NCBI GenBank assembly: GCA_964016885.1
Contig: OZ024741.1
Span: forward strand, 217,992,001-218,056,000
From: Eledone cirrhosa
Taxonomy: Eukaryota
Reading direction: 5' to 3'
Length of the DNA stretch: 64,000 nt
The translations under genes and the position numbers were made by a program. Below are positions 1 through 12,774 of this stretch, piece by piece (within the stretch, counting starts at the first letter, position 1; each line of letters begins with the position of its first letter). The notes below the pieces were generated by a model. That model did not search any database. It was given only the letters and a program-made list of their open reading frames with translations, and was not told where the DNA came from.

Positions 1-484
1 ATTTGCTCTGATATTCTCATTTAAATGTGAATGTGTGAGTACGGGCGGTTTTGGGCAGCTTGGTCACATGAACCAAAATTTTTTTCGGGCGGCTTTGGGC
101 GGTTTGGTAACGAAAGGGTTAACAGAAGTTTCCCACATAAAATTATATTAGATATTAATTCAAATGAGAATGTTTTTAAAATGGGTAACTTTGTTAAATT
201 GGACTAGAGGCAGTTTTGAGTGGGTTGGTATCAAAGAATTTTAAGGGATTCAGTAAAATTATGAATTATTTCATTACTAAGATTGGAACTTAACATAGGG
301 TTCTTATCTAAAACTATATTGCAAAATTTAAATTTAAATAAGAATCCTTTAACCATTTCATGACCACATTTCTAGTAAACTACACACTATCTAAACTACA
401 ATAAAGTAAGGAGTGCGGGACTGCGTCCGGAATATATTTTTTTATCCCGTTTATAAAATAAGTTGGATTACTTTGAATAAATAA

Positions 485-867
485 TTGTTTCTACATTAGG
501 CACAAGGCCAGCAATTACCCAGTACATTACTGGTACTTTATTTTATCGACCCTGTAAGGATGAAAGGCAAAGTTAACCTCGGCGGGAAATGAACTCAGAC
601 TGTAAAGGGACGTAACTATGCTAGAAAGCATGGCGTCCAACCCTCTACTGATACTGCCAATTCACCGCCCTTATTTTGAATAAATTGTTTCTACTTTAGG
701 CACAAGGCCAGCAAATACCCAGTGCATTACTGGTACTTTATTTTATCGACCCCATAAGGATGAAAGGCAAAGTCAACCTCGGCGAGATTTGAACTCAGAT
801 CGTAAAGGGACGTAACTATGCTGGAAAGCATGGCGTTCGACCCTCTACCAATACTGCCAATCCACCA
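485..867 (-). mobile_element. Two tandem tRNA-derived SINEs (Meta-like core)
   Basis: Reverse complement has A box TGGCAGTATCRG, B box GAGTTCAAATC and core GCCTTTCATCCTTACGGGGTCGATAAAATAAAGTACC. Confidence 0.85.
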
Positions 868-1239
868 TGAATGAATATTACATAATTTATCTACTAAATT
901 TCATTATTCTTGTATAAATAATTTTGTTGCTTATTTTAAGATTCACTTCTTTAAAATTTTCAAATGTCGACATTTCCGGTTAGCGATCGTTTAAATAAAC
1001 ATTCACATATTTCTGTCACTAATTTTCTCCTAATGCAGTTTATATATAATATCGTCTTTTTTTTAATGTATCATGGATTACGTTACTGATTACATAAGAC
1101 AGTGTAACGCAGTCTTTGTTCAATTTCTGTGTATATTGTCAATTACGATTTTATTTGATGTATCATATCTACATGTATATATACTTACGTATAATATCAA
1201 TATGCACACTAGACAGGCTAGCAGAAAACCACCCAAAGG

Positions 1240-1850
1240 GTGGTTTTTCTGCTAGTTTCAATTAAGTAATGAAGAATTTTGAGGGATCTGTAAAAATTAT
1301 TAATTATTTCATTGCTAAGATAGTAACTTAATGTAAGGTTCTTATATAAAACTATGTTGAAAAATTGTAATTTAAATAGGAACTCTTTAAAATTGGTGAT
1401 TTTGGCCAAGTTAGTATATTTTGAGGGATTTACTAAAATTATTAATTATTTCATTATTAAGAGATTAACTTAACATATAGTTCTGATATAATATTATGTT
1501 GAAAGATTGTAATTTAAATAGGAACAATTTAAAATGGGTGGTTTTGTTTCAAAAGTGTTAATTAATGAAGAATTTTGAAGGATTAACTAAAATTATGAAT
1601 TAATTCATTACTAAGATAAAAACCTAATGGATGGTTCTTATATAAAATTATGTTGGAAAAGTTTAATTTAAATAGGAACCCTTTAAAATGGGTGGTTTTG
1701 TTTCATAGAACCAGAGTTGGCTTTGGCCAAGTTGTAATAATTTTGAGGGATTTACTAAAATTATTAATTATTTCATTACTAAGATAATAACTTAAAATAT
1801 GGTTCTTATATAAACTTATGTTGGAAGATTATAATTTAAATAGGAACCCT
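1240..1850. repeat. AT-rich dispersed repeat with ~120-170 bp tandem subunits (relatives near 120-350, 12240-12770, 13900-14520, 15490-15670)
   Basis: Recurring GAGGGATTTACTAAAATTATTAATTATTTCATT...GGTTCTTATATAAA...TTTAAATAGGAAC. Confidence 0.7.
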
Positions 1851-2058
1851 TTAGCATTTAAACCGGCAGTATCTGGCCTGAATTCTCTCATCTCTTTCTG
1901 TTCAAACTGGCTGTAACCAGCCGCTCATACTGATCTTAAAGTATTGTCCTTAAAATAAATAATATCAAAATCTCATAGATTTGATATTATGTAAGATAAA
2001 GCCTTTACCGTGAAAATATAATAGTTAATATAGAGTATTGTAAATAGTAAAAGGTTAA
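1846..2058. mobile_element. TTAA-target MITE copy
   Basis: Ends CCCTTTAGCATT / AAAGGTTAA; same internal sequence as 14255-14460. Confidence 0.7.
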
Positions 2059-2128
2059 AATAGGTGGTTTTATTTCATAGAACCAGAGCCAGTTTGGGCC
2101 AGGTTGGTTTCAAAAGTGTTAAACTTAC

Positions 2129-2261
2129 CTTTTTACAGGTAACCAAAGTCTTATTAACAGGTGAAGGAGTGAGCAGTTGGTTGGCGATTGATTGACGTTG
2201 GGTGAGATTATCAGCAGACAGACGTTGTTTGACACCATGTTGGTCAACTACAAAGGTGGCC
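2129..2261 (-). CDS. POLR1A: POLR1A coding exon 9 (gene continues beyond the left edge)
   Basis: GATFVVDQHGVKQRLSADNLTQRQSIANQLLTP...CKK. CAG/GTAAG, phase 2 to 0. Confidence 0.92.
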
Positions 2262-2678
2262 CTGGAAGGTAAGACAGAGATAGAGAGTGGGGGAGAGAAA
2301 GATAGGTAAATAGATAGTGGGAGAGAATCAGATAGATAGGTAGATAGAGTGAGAAAAAGAGTGGGATAGATAGAAAGGGGAAGAGAGAAAGATAGATAGA
2401 TAGATAGAGAGGGGGAGAGACAGATAGAGAAATAACTAGATGGAGGGAGAGAGCGCAGAGGGGATAGGGCAAGATAGAGTGTTGATAGATATATAGATGA
2501 TGAGGTAAATAGGAAAGTTAGAGAGAGGGATAGATAAAAGGGAATAGATAGACAGAGATGATAGATAGATAAACAGACACATAGATAGATATGTTTCTTT
2601 ATTTGCCACAAGGGCAAATAGATAGACAGACACATAGATCGAGAGAGTAAGATACTGAATTAAAATGGGTTTACATAC

Positions 2679-2899
2679 CCTGGGTACTGATTCGGACCAT
2701 TAATGACCATCTTTCTCAATTTATCCACATTCCAAGGCGTCACAGGTTGGGGATAGGTGAGTTTTTTAGCAAACACTTCAGGGACCCCAATCTCAGCCAC
2801 TTCAATGTTGGGGTCAGGTGTAATCACTGAACGAGCAACATAGTTGACCCTTTTTCCCATCATATGCTTCCGGAAAAGACCATCTTTTTTCTCAAGGAT
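2679..2899 (-). CDS. POLR1A: POLR1A coding exon 8
   Basis: [67 protein letters not shown] is diagnostic of RPA1. CAG/GTATG, phase 0 to 2. Confidence 0.97.
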
Positions 2900-3019
2900 C
2901 TGTAAACAGAGACAGGAAATAATGGTAGATGACATGAAGGTTAAACTATAACTTCTTTTTTCATTTGTAGATATTTAAACCTTTAGCTTTTAAACCAGCC
3001 GTATCTGTGTGTGTGTACA

Positions 3020-3258
3020 GCTCACACCTATGCAGGTTTAGCTGGCCTCCTCCAAGGTATATCTCGTTGGAGGTTTCTTGGGTAATTTGATGATAGGGAC
3101 ACCAGTCCTATCATCTCATTTCTACAGCTGAGTAAACTGGAGCAACGTGAAATAAAGTGTCTTGCTCAAGGAAACAACACATCATCCAGTCCGAGAATTG
3201 AAGTCACAACCTTTCGATTGCAAGCCCAATGCTCTAACCACTAAGCCATGTGCCTTCA
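3020..3258 (-). mobile_element. CORE-type tRNA SINE
   Basis: tRNA-like head plus CCTTGAGCAAGACACTTTATTTCAC core on the minus strand; near match to 24913-25150. Confidence 0.75.
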
Positions 3259-3957
3259 TCTGGCTAGAATTCTCTAATCTCTTTCTGTTCAAACCGGATG
3301 CCCATACCCTTTAGCATTCACATTAATCTAGGTTTACTATTGTATTTTCACGGTAAAGGCTTTACCTCACATAATATTGAAAATATGAAATTTTTACATT
3401 ATTTATTTTGAGAAAAATACCTTAACATAAGTATGAGCAACTGATTATGATCAGTTTGAACAGAAAGAGGTGAGAGAATTCTGGCCAGATATGGCCGGTT
3501 TAAATGCTAAAGGGTTAAGGTATTGTTCTCAAAACAGTATCAAAATCTCATAGATGTGAGATAAAGCCTTTATCCTGAAAAGATAATAGTAAATATAAAG
3601 GTATATATATGGTTATGGGTTAAAGGGTATGGGGAGTGGAGGTAGACATTTTGAGCTGAAATATTATTGTCAAACATCATTCAAATATTTATGGTGGAAA
3701 GATTATGAAAATTTACAGTATTAGAGTAAAGATTTTACTAGTTAATGTGATGTAGACAGTGATGTTTTTTTACTTTTCAAGAATGTCTTGCTAATGTGGT
3801 TTGTTAATTCAAATGTTTATAGTATCTTTACTAGTAGACTGAGCAGTGTGTAACTTTACAGTATTAGAGTATATCTTGCTAATATGGTTTCATGTGGTAA
3901 AGGATGTTAAGAGTTGAATAGAAATCTATATATAAATTTGAGCGACTTCTGTCTGTC

Positions 3958-4445
3958 AGTCACACACTAGAGATGACTGAGGAAGGAAGGGGTGATGATG
4001 TCACTCACTAGAGATGATTGAGGAAGAAAGGGGTGATGACGTCACACTAGAGATGATTGAGGATGTAAGAGGTGATGATGTCATACAGTAAAGGTGACTG
4101 AGGAAGGAGGGGTGATGATGTCACACACTAGAGATGACTGAGGAAGGAAGGGGTGATGTCACACACTAGAGTAGACTGAGGAAGGAAGGGGTGATGACAT
4201 CACACACTAGAGATAACTAAGGAAGGAAGGGGTGATGATGTCACACACTAGAGATGACTGAGGAAGGAAGGAGTGATGATGTCACACACTAGAGTGGACT
4301 GAGGAAGGAAAGGGTGATGACGTCACACACTAAAGATGACTGAGGGAAGAAGGGGTGATGATGTCACACACTAGAGATGACTGAGGGAGGAAGGGGTGAT
4401 GACGTCACACACTAGAGATGACTGAGGAAGGAAGGAGTGATGACA
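3958..4445. repeat. ~39-bp minisatellite, ~12 units
   Basis: Unit GTCACACACTAGAGATGACTGAGGAAGGAAGGGGTGATGAT. Confidence 0.95.
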
Positions 4446-4631
4446 AACTACAGAAAACAGCATCTAACATTCACTATACTTGTGTGTACAACCTATATAT
4501 AAATTTGAGCAATTTATTTTTGTAAGTGTGTCTGTGTTTGGGGGTTTATCATAATACACTCTTGAAGAAAATTCTAGTATTAATAAAAAGAAACAAAGAA
4601 AGAAGAAAATAAGGCTATTTGAATCCCTGAC

Positions 4632-4826
4632 CTGCCTGACACCTCTGATACTGAATGAGCTAGGGTCACTTGAATCATCATATAACCAGTTTACATTCTT
4701 CTGGAGAGTCAACCAACTTTCATTCAGTTTTTTCTTCATGAGGTTGTTGTCGCTGATGTTGTCATTGTTGTTGTCATTGTTGTTGTTGTTATTGTCACCA
4801 TTTTTGTTGTCAACCAGGCTGAGCTT
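4632..4826 (-). CDS. POLR1A: POLR1A coding exon 7
   Basis: KLSLVDNKNGDNNNNNDNNND...WLTLQKNVNWLYDD...IRGVRQ. CAG/GTCAG, phase 0 to 0. Joins the conserved GxxQ|ILEKK. Confidence 0.9.
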
Positions 4827-5246
4827 CTGAAGGAGAAGAAGATAAATAAACAGACATTGGACGAGAGAGAAACTGTGTATAAGAGGAATATACTGTAGAA
4901 CACAGTAAAAAGCTCCCAGTCCACACTGTAAATGTGGTTGGTGTTAGGAAGGGCATCCAGCCATAGAAAACCTGCCAGATAGTCCTATATGAGCAAGACA
5001 CAGTCACCCGATCAATCTTGCCACAAGTGGGACATTCAAAGACATTCAAAAACATTCCAGATATAACCAGCTTGTATTTTTTTCTTCAGACATATTTCTT
5101 ATTATTATTCTTTACATACTTATTTCTGAGGGGGTCAGTGGTACAGAGTCCTCAGAGGTGCCATCCAGAGGGTCCTAACAGAAGCAACCATCTCAAATTG
5201 ATTTGGCTGGATGCACATGTCTCACTGCACACACACATTTATGAAG

Positions 5247-5570
5247 GCGCATGGCTTTGTGGTTAGGGTATTTGGCTCACAATCATAAGTTTGTAGGTTC
5301 AATTCCTGGCAGTGCATTGTGTCCTTGAGCAAAACACTTTATTTCATATTGCTCCAGCCCACTCAGCTGGCAAAAATGTGTTTTGCCTGCAATTCAAAGG
5401 GTCAGCCATGTCACATTCTGTGTCATGCTGAATCTCCGAGAACTATGGTAAGGGCATGTGTGATTGTGGAATGCTCAGCCACTTGCATGTTAATTTCAGG
5501 AGCAGGCTATTCCATTGATTGGATCAACTGGAACACTCTTCATTGTAACCAATGGAGTGCTTCCATAAAT
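5247..5570 (+). mobile_element. CORE-type tRNA SINE
   Basis: GGCGCATGGCTTTGTGGTTAG...GGTTCAATTCC...GTGTCCTTGAGCAAAACACTTTATTTC. Confidence 0.75.
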
Positions 5571-5599
5571 ACACATCCAGTCCTAAATAAATGAGGTTG

Positions 5600-6030
5600 T
5601 GTAGATGTCATGACAAAAAAACACAGTCCACGCTGTAATGTGGCCGTATAAGTAACACGGTAAAAACCTCCCAGTCCACACTGTAAATGTGGTTGGTGTT
5701 AGGAAGGGCATCCAGCTGTAGAAAACCTGCCAGGCAGTCCCATACAAGCGAGACAGGGTCACCCGACCATTCTTGCCTCAAGTAGGACAACTCCCCTCTA
5801 ACCCATGCTAGCGTGGAAGATAGACGTTAAACGATGATGATGATACGCATACATACAAGCATGGAAAAGTCAATGTTAAAACGGTTATATTATCATCATC
5901 ATCATCATAGCATGGGTTTAGACAGGAATTGTCCCACTTGAGGCAAGATTGGTCGGGTGACCATGTCTCGCTTGTATAGGACTGTCTGGCAGGTTTTCTA
6001 CGGCTGGATGCCCTTCCTAACACCAACCAT
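5600..6030. mobile_element. Tail-to-tail pair of a short retroposon family with RTE-like (TGA)n tail (other copies ~4885, 7050, 11485, 13268, 14855)
   Basis: GGTTGGTGTTAGGAAGGGCATCCAGC..TAGAAAA motif on + at 5690 and on - at 6000-6030, with (GAT)n/(ATC)n tails between. Confidence 0.65.
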
Positions 6031-6639
6031 GTTTACATATATATACATACACACACACACATTTTGAAGGGTCCTCTCCAATCTGAATCAGATTTTATTC
6101 AGAGTGACTGTCCTCCTGGACAGGCTGCCTTCACTGTGGATTATGGAGCTCATGTCTGCTTTATGCAGTTTTATTAATTAGAAGTGACTGCTCTCCTAGA
6201 CAGGTTGCCTCCACAGTGGCTTGCAGAACCCACATCTACCCATGCAGTCTTATCTATTCAGCATGACTGCTCTGCTAAGCAAGCTGCCTTTCCACAGCTC
6301 ACAGAGCACGTGTCTACCCAGTACATACACAGATAAGAAGGTGATGTCTACTTGATGCAACCATTTCTTCAAGAGGATGAGAAATAGGTAGACAAACAGA
6401 CAGGAAGATGGTTGAAAAGAGGTGGGAGGGTGGGATATGGCAGCAGTTTGGTAGACCACCAAGCATGTCGTGGTTCATGAACACATTTCAAATAGATACT
6501 ATAATAGGAATTCAATCATTTTATGTGCTAGAAAGGAGCAACTACAGGGGCATAAAACTAATGAATCAAGTTATGAAAGTGAAAGAGTTAAACTAGATGA
6601 GATGCAGTATGGACTACAGGGAGGACTATAACAGATACC

Positions 6640-7012
6640 ATCTTGGAGAGAAATGAGGCAAACTTCGATGGATGTGCAGTGTCAACATGCATCAATGACA
6701 AAGAATGGATGAACAGAGAAAGAAACTGAGTATAAGCAGAATCAGATGTGTGCAGGAGAGGAGACTGCACTGGTATGGACATGTGATGCACATGGATGAT
6801 CATTTCTGGTTGAAGAGGTACCAAGAAATCTCAGTAAAAGAAAGCTTCAGTAGAGGTAGAACCACAAAGACTTAGATGGGTGTCGTGAGAGCTCATCTCA
6901 AATTGTTGAAACTCACGGTTGAGATGACAAAGGATTATGTCAAGTGGAGAGATGCTTAAAAGGACCCATTGAACCCATGCAAGCATGGAAAAGCAGAATT
7001 AAATTATAATCA
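6640..7012 (+). mobile_element. RTE-clade LINE 3' fragment
   Basis: Degenerate ERNE..RWMC...QERRLHWYGHVMHMDD...GRGR peptide. Confidence 0.7.
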
Positions 7013-7189
7013 TGATATATATATATATATACACACACAAGTATGTATGTATCACCATCTTCCACACTGGCATGGGTTAGATGAATTGCCATAGTCTGAA
7101 AAAAGACAAGTCAGAGAAATCTCTTCTTGCTCAAATGTTCCATATTTAGACATGGTTTCTATGGCTAGATGCCCTTAATAATGCCAAGC

Positions 7190-7480
7190 ACATTACAGAG
7201 TGTACTGGGTGCTTTTTATCATGGCATCAGTACTACCACTTTATAGAATGTAATGGGTGCATTTTATCATAGCACCAGCACTACCATTTTACAGCGTGTA
7301 CTGGGAGTATTTTATCATGGCACTAGTATTACCATTTTAGAGAGTGTAATGGCTGAGTTTTAATGTGGCACCAGCATTACCAGTTTACAGAGTGTACTAG
7401 GTGTATTTTATCACGGCACCAATACTACCACTTTACAGAGTGTACTTGGTCCTTTTTATCATAGCACCAGCACTACCACT
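7190..7480. repeat. ~46-bp minisatellite
   Basis: Unit ACCACTTTACAGAGTGTACTGGGTGCTTTTTATCATGGCACCAGCACT; relatives at 15000-15290. Confidence 0.85.
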
Positions 7481-7567
7481 TTATATATACTCCATAAACA
7501 CACTCAACGTATTTAATGTTCCCTCACCCGCGTACAAAAAACTGACTCCCTCAAACTCCCTACTTAC

Positions 7568-7711
7568 CTCTGGATCTATTCCTTCTGCTTCGTCATTGTT
7601 TGACTTTCGGAATCGCTGGAGAATATCCTGGATGTTCTCACATTCCTGCAGGATCCGTTTATAAGAAGATGTCTGCACACTTTCAAACTTTTGACCCTTT
7701 AAAACCACACA
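7568..7711 (-). CDS. POLR1A: POLR1A coding exon 6
   Basis: CVVLKGQKFESVQTSSYKRILQECENIQ...IDPE. TTAG/GTAAG, phase 0 to 0. Confidence 0.87.
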
Positions 7712-7969
7712 CTAACAGAAAAACAAAAGGAGAACAATGAATAAATAGCCAGGTTAAGGTCTTATACATTAGTCTGGACTAGGAAACCTGAGGACTTCTG
7801 AGAGAATATGACTAAATGTGGCCTACACATATACGTGGGTTGGCTGAAAACGACATAGGTTGACCAACTGGGGTCCCTGGAAATAAACAATGCAGTTACT
7901 AACAGTAAGAGTTGAATGGATGCAAGATTTCACAGCTCTAGCATCAATCTTTCATAGTCAGTTGACCCT

Positions 7970-8014
<45 letters not shown>

Positions 8015-8329
8015 TTAAGCCAATCAAGCATAAAAAAATGGATGTAAATCTGATTATATATATAACATACAATGAGTACCACTCTGATCTGTAGTCTACA
8101 TATAGAGTGAACACTTCATATATATATATATATATATACATACATACATACACACACACATATATAAATAAATATATATACATAATAGTTGTATTACTAT
8201 TATGGTTTCTGATAATATTAACTGGAGTAGTTAAACTCCTTTACCAGTTAATTAAAAGCTGAATGCAGTGGGGTCACACAGAGCTGTTATACATTAATTT
8301 TAAAAACACTGAAGATTCAAAGCATTATC

Positions 8330-8431
8330 AAACTGACAAATGTTTCAGCCAGCCTAGAATTTCTACCGTTGGGTTATAATCTTATAATTTAACCCATAGT
8401 TGTTGATTTAGAATCGGCATCATCAGAGTTT
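8330..8431 (-). ncRNA. Minimal type-I hammerhead ribozyme-like motif (intronic, sense to POLR1A)
   Basis: aaact-CTGATGA-tgcc..(long loop)..ggct-GAAAC-attt-GTC-agttt. Confidence 0.6.
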
Positions 8432-8504
8432 ATCAAAGGCTTCAATATTTCACATATAGTAACAGTTCATTACATTAAAGTCTTCAATAATTATTCAATA
8501 TGGT

Positions 8505-8692
8505 GGCGGTGGATTGGCAGTATCGGTAGAGGGTCAAACGCATGCTTTGAAGCATAGAGTTACCTCCCTTTATGGTCTGAGTTCAAATCCTGCCAATGTT
8601 AACTTTGCCTTTCATCCTTACAGGGTCGATAAAATAAAGTACCAGTAATGCACTGAGTAATTGCTGGCCTTGTGCCAAAAGTAGAAACAATT
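8505..8692 (+). mobile_element. tRNA SINE (Meta-like core)
   Basis: Full-length family copy. Confidence 0.85.
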
Positions 8693-9047
8693 AATTATTC
8701 ATTATGGTAATAATTTACAGAAACTTAAAAAAAAAAACATTAAAAACAGTTGGAGTATAACGTTGCTGGAGAAATGACTATTTTTGTCAGAGTGAGAGAG
8801 AATCTTATTTTAAAAGGTCGTATTTATACGTTTAGAGTCAATATTAAAAGAAGCTTCTCATTAATGAAACCGTAAATATATATTTTGATAAGTACTACGT
8901 TCATACTTATAGTTTGGTTCAGAGGTATGAATGGTCGCACGTAATTGGATATATTCAAGATTTAATTGAACTACACTTAGTACAGTTCACACACACATCA
9001 ACAAAGGGAGATAACTTCCAAGTGTTTGGAGTTATCTTTCTTTACTG

Positions 9048-9605
9048 GGCGGTGGATTGGCAGTATCAGTAGAGGGTCGGACACCATGCTTTCCAGCATA
9101 GTTACGTCCCTTTACGATCTGAGTTCAAATCCCGCCGAGGTTGACTTTGCCTTTCATCCTTACGGGGTCGATAAAATAAAGTGCCAGTAATGCACTGGGT
9201 AATTGCTGGCCTTGTGCCTAAAGTAGAGACAGTTATCTTTCTTTACTGGTACTTTATTTTTACAAAGCTACAGAAGGTTGGTAAAGGGGACGGACCACGG
9301 TGAAATTTGAACTCAGAACGTAAATGGCCATATCAAAATCTGACGCATTAACAATTCTGCTATTCCACCGCCTTAGAAATAATATTAATGGTTTCTGATT
9401 TAAGCACAAGGCCAGCAATTATTTGGGGAAGAGGAAAATCAGTTAAATCGAACCCAGTACGTTTACTGGTACTTTATTTTATCGACCCTGTAAGGATGAA
9501 AGGCAAAGCTAACCTAGGCAAGATTTGAACTCCGATCATAAAGGGCTGTAACTCTATGCTTCAAAGCATGGTGTCCGACCCTCTACCGATACGGCCAATC
9601 CACCG
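9048..9605. mobile_element. Inverted cluster of Meta-like SINEs (+ 9048-9232; - 9245-9375 and 9390-9605)
   Basis: Family consensus on opposite strands, abutting the exon 5 donor. Confidence 0.85.
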
Positions 9606-9633
9606 TAATAATAACAACAATAATAATACTTAC

Positions 9634-9856
9634 TGGTCTAAAACAAGAGGGAATTACTGGTAAGACTTCAAGAAAAAAGATATCAGTTGGGTACTCAATG
9701 TCGACATCTAAAAAGTCAAACACCATCTTGAGAATGACGTTGTTTTGGCCCCAGATATTTCTCATCCGTTCTTTCACCTCTACAGGAGTCAGGTATGATT
9801 TCTTGAATGTTATATAGGACGTGGTAGGAGAGGCCTTCTTTTTACCACGCTCATCC
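9634..9856 (-). CDS. POLR1A: POLR1A coding exon 5
   Basis: ...SYLTPVEVKERMRNIW...DIFFLEVLPVIPSCFRP (conserved FFxxxLPVxPxxFRP). CAG/GTAAG, phase 2 to 0. Confidence 0.93.
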
Positions 9857-10569
9857 CTGCAAGAAACAAAATCAAATTTACAGCCCATACCTCTAAGTCT
9901 AGCTGGACCTGCACCGGTACCAGGTTGTATCTGATGGGAAGTTAATGTTACAACACTATAGCTATGTAGGTTTAACTGGACCAGTACCAGGTTGTATCTC
10001 ATAGGAGGTTTCTCAAGTGCTTTAATTATAACGACCCTAGTTATACAATGTTACAGTTCACACCTACATTGCTTTATCTGGCCTCCTATCAGGTTGTATC
10101 TTATAGGTTTCTTGAGTATTTTAATTATAGGAGCACATGCTTTGTTGTTAGCTGGCCTCCTATGAGGTTTAGGAGCCCCAGTCTTATCTTGTTACAGCTC
10201 ACACCTATGTAAGTCTGGCTGGCCTCCTGCTAGTTTGCATCATAAGAAGTTTTTTTAAGGTGTTTTAATGATTGGGGCCCCAGTCATCATATTATAACAG
10301 TTTACACCTATGTGGGTTTAGGTGTTCTCCCATGAGGTTGTATCTCCAACATGTTTTAATGATAGGGATCTTAGTCCTTTCAAGGAAGTGTCTTGCTCAA
10401 TGTACTGTCCTATCCAGGAATCGAACCCACAACTTTATGATCGTAAGCCGAACACCCTAACCACTTGGCCACATGACATCTCTTCCCAGTAATAAGAATC
10501 AGTTTCATCTTTCTGAAGGAGGTTTTACATGTCAGACTTAACAATAATGTTATGTTTGTCAGACACAAC

Positions 10570-10760
10570 AGTAACACCATTACCACCACCACTACCATAA
10601 CTAACACCATTACCACCACCACTATCATAACTAACACCATTACCACTGCCATAACTTCAACTACTACCACCACCACCACCACCATTATCATCATCACTAC
10701 CACTGCCATTACCACCACCACTCACCATCATCACTACCATTACCTCCACCACTTTTACCA
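10570..10760. repeat. (ACC/ATC/ACT)n trinucleotide tract; similar at 11920-12135
   Basis: Direct inspection. Confidence 0.9.
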
Positions 10761-10843
10761 CATTTATTTGTAGCTCCATCACAACCAATTTGCTAATGAA
10801 AGGGTTAACATATATATTTGGGGTTTGACCCAGCCTGACTCAC

Positions 10844-11030
10844 CGCTTCACTGGTTTCTTTGTTTCCGATTCTGTTAACAACTTTGCTAAGAAGATCTGG
10901 CAATTCTTAAATTGTCTCACTGTGAGTTTCGGTGATAAACAATGGGGACACTTATTTCGTTGTCCATCCTTAAGTAAGGTCACACAATGGTTCCAGGTGT
11001 GCCTCAGGTGACGACTCTGTCTTATTGCCT
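10844..11030 (-). CDS. POLR1A: POLR1A coding exon 4
   Basis: Open frame AIRQSRHLRHTWNHCVTLLKDGQRNKCPHCLSPKLTVRQ...KKPVKR with the second CxxC pair (CPHC). CAG/GTGAG, phase 1 to 2. Confidence 0.85.
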
Positions 11031-12317
11031 CTGAAATATAGTTGGAAACCCTGATATCATCATCATCAATATAATCACCAACATTATCATTATTAATATC
11101 AGGTCATTAACCCTTTATCATTTACATTACTCAATATATAGTATTGTATTTTTGTGGTAAAGGCTTTATCTTACATAATATCGAATCTGAGATCTTTATA
11201 TTATTTATTTTGAGAACAATATCTTAACATCAGTATGAGTGGCCATTTATGGCCAGTTTGGACAGAAAGAAGTGAGAGAATTCTGGCCGGATACAGCCAG
11301 TTTAAATGCCAGTGTTAAACCACCCATATCCGGCCAGAATTCTCTCACCTCTTTCTGTTCAAACTGGTGGTAACCAGCTCCTTATACTTATGTTAAGGTA
11401 CTATTCTCAAAATAAATAATATCAAAATCTTGTGGATTCAATATTACGTGAGATAAAGCCTTTTCCGTGAAAATACAATATATATCATCATCATCATCAT
11501 TTCATTTTACGTCCACTTTTTCCCTGCTTGCAAGGGTGGACAGGAACTGATTCTGGCTTGATTTCTACAGCTGGATGCCCTTCCTAACACCAACCTCATT
11601 TACAGTGAGTGCTGGGTGCTTTTTTGCCGTGGCACCTCCACGACCACTTTGCAGTGGAATGATATGGACGCCAGTCCCTATCATCTCATTTCTACAGCTG
11701 ATTAAACTGGAGCAATGTGAAATAAAGTGTCTTGCTCAAGGAAACAACACATAACCCGGTCTGAGGATAGAACTCACGACCTTTCGATTGCAAGGCCAAT
11801 GCTCTAACCATTAAACCATGTGCCTCCATGTAAATGCTAAAGAGTTAAGTATAAAATGTCTGATTTCAAATTGAAAGTGCATAAGGGAATCGGACATTTC
11901 ATACATAAGGACCTAATATTACCATCACCACCATCAACATTATTATTATCATTACCACCACCATCATCACCACCATCATCAAGATTATTATCATCACCAC
12001 CATCAAGATTATCATTACCACCACCACCATCATCATCAACATTATTATCATCACCACCATCACCATCAAGATTATCATTACCACCACCACCACCACCATT
12101 ATCATCACCATCACCACCACCACCACCACCATCAATTATATATGTTTTTTTCATTTTAGCATAGGTCAGAACAACTTTGCTAAATCCTGTCTTTTTGATC
12201 TGGGTTGAACAGTGGCTTACCCCTTAGTTCTATTATATTGAGGAGTTTGTTTTAAAAGCTTCCATCCTAATTTTGTGTAAGAACCTTTGTTATGTCATGT
12301 TCCAAATACCAACTTAA

Positions 12318-12525
12318 CCCTTTAGCAATCAAACCGGCTGTATCTGGTCAGAATTCTTTCACCTTTTTCTGTTCAAACCGGCCGTAACTGGCCACTCATA
12401 TTGATGTTAAGGTGTTGTTCTCTAAATAAATAATATCAAAATCTCATAGATTCGATGTTATGTGAGATAAAGATTTTACCACGAAAATACAATAGTGTAT
12501 ATAGAGTAATGTAAATATTAAAGGG
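12318..12525. mobile_element. TTAA-target (piggyBac-like) MITE
   Basis: TTAA|CCCTTTAGCAAT...AATATTAAAGGG|TTAA. Further copies near 3306-3516 and 11108-11480. Confidence 0.8.
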
Positions 12526-12774
12526 TTAACACAGAGGAAATCTGTTATATAATTCACTCAAAATTTTTGATAATTTTCAAAAATATTTGAAAGTTATAGG
12601 CAATGTCTTATATTAGAAATTTGGTAAAGAAAGGATTAAATTGTTTTTATTTATTTTAAAATCTTCCATCATAATTTTTACGTAAGAACCTTTGTTATGT
12701 TCAAAACATCAACTTAATGAGAAAGTTAGTTATAAAATTCTTGAGTATTTTCAAAAATATTCAAAGACTAAAAA

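Noticed and set aside
1-2128. Next POLR1A exon (VxRH...)
   Set aside because: No matching peptide seen; the region is repeats, so the exon likely lies outside the window.
3958-4445. Tandem C/D-box snoRNA-like motifs (GTGATGA / CTGA in each unit)
   Set aside because: Antisense to the host gene, boxes too close together, no terminal stem; explained as a minisatellite.
10410-12164. Poly-V/T/G/D/P ORFs as POLR1A exons
   Set aside because: Trinucleotide repeats; exons 3-4-5 join in phase without them.
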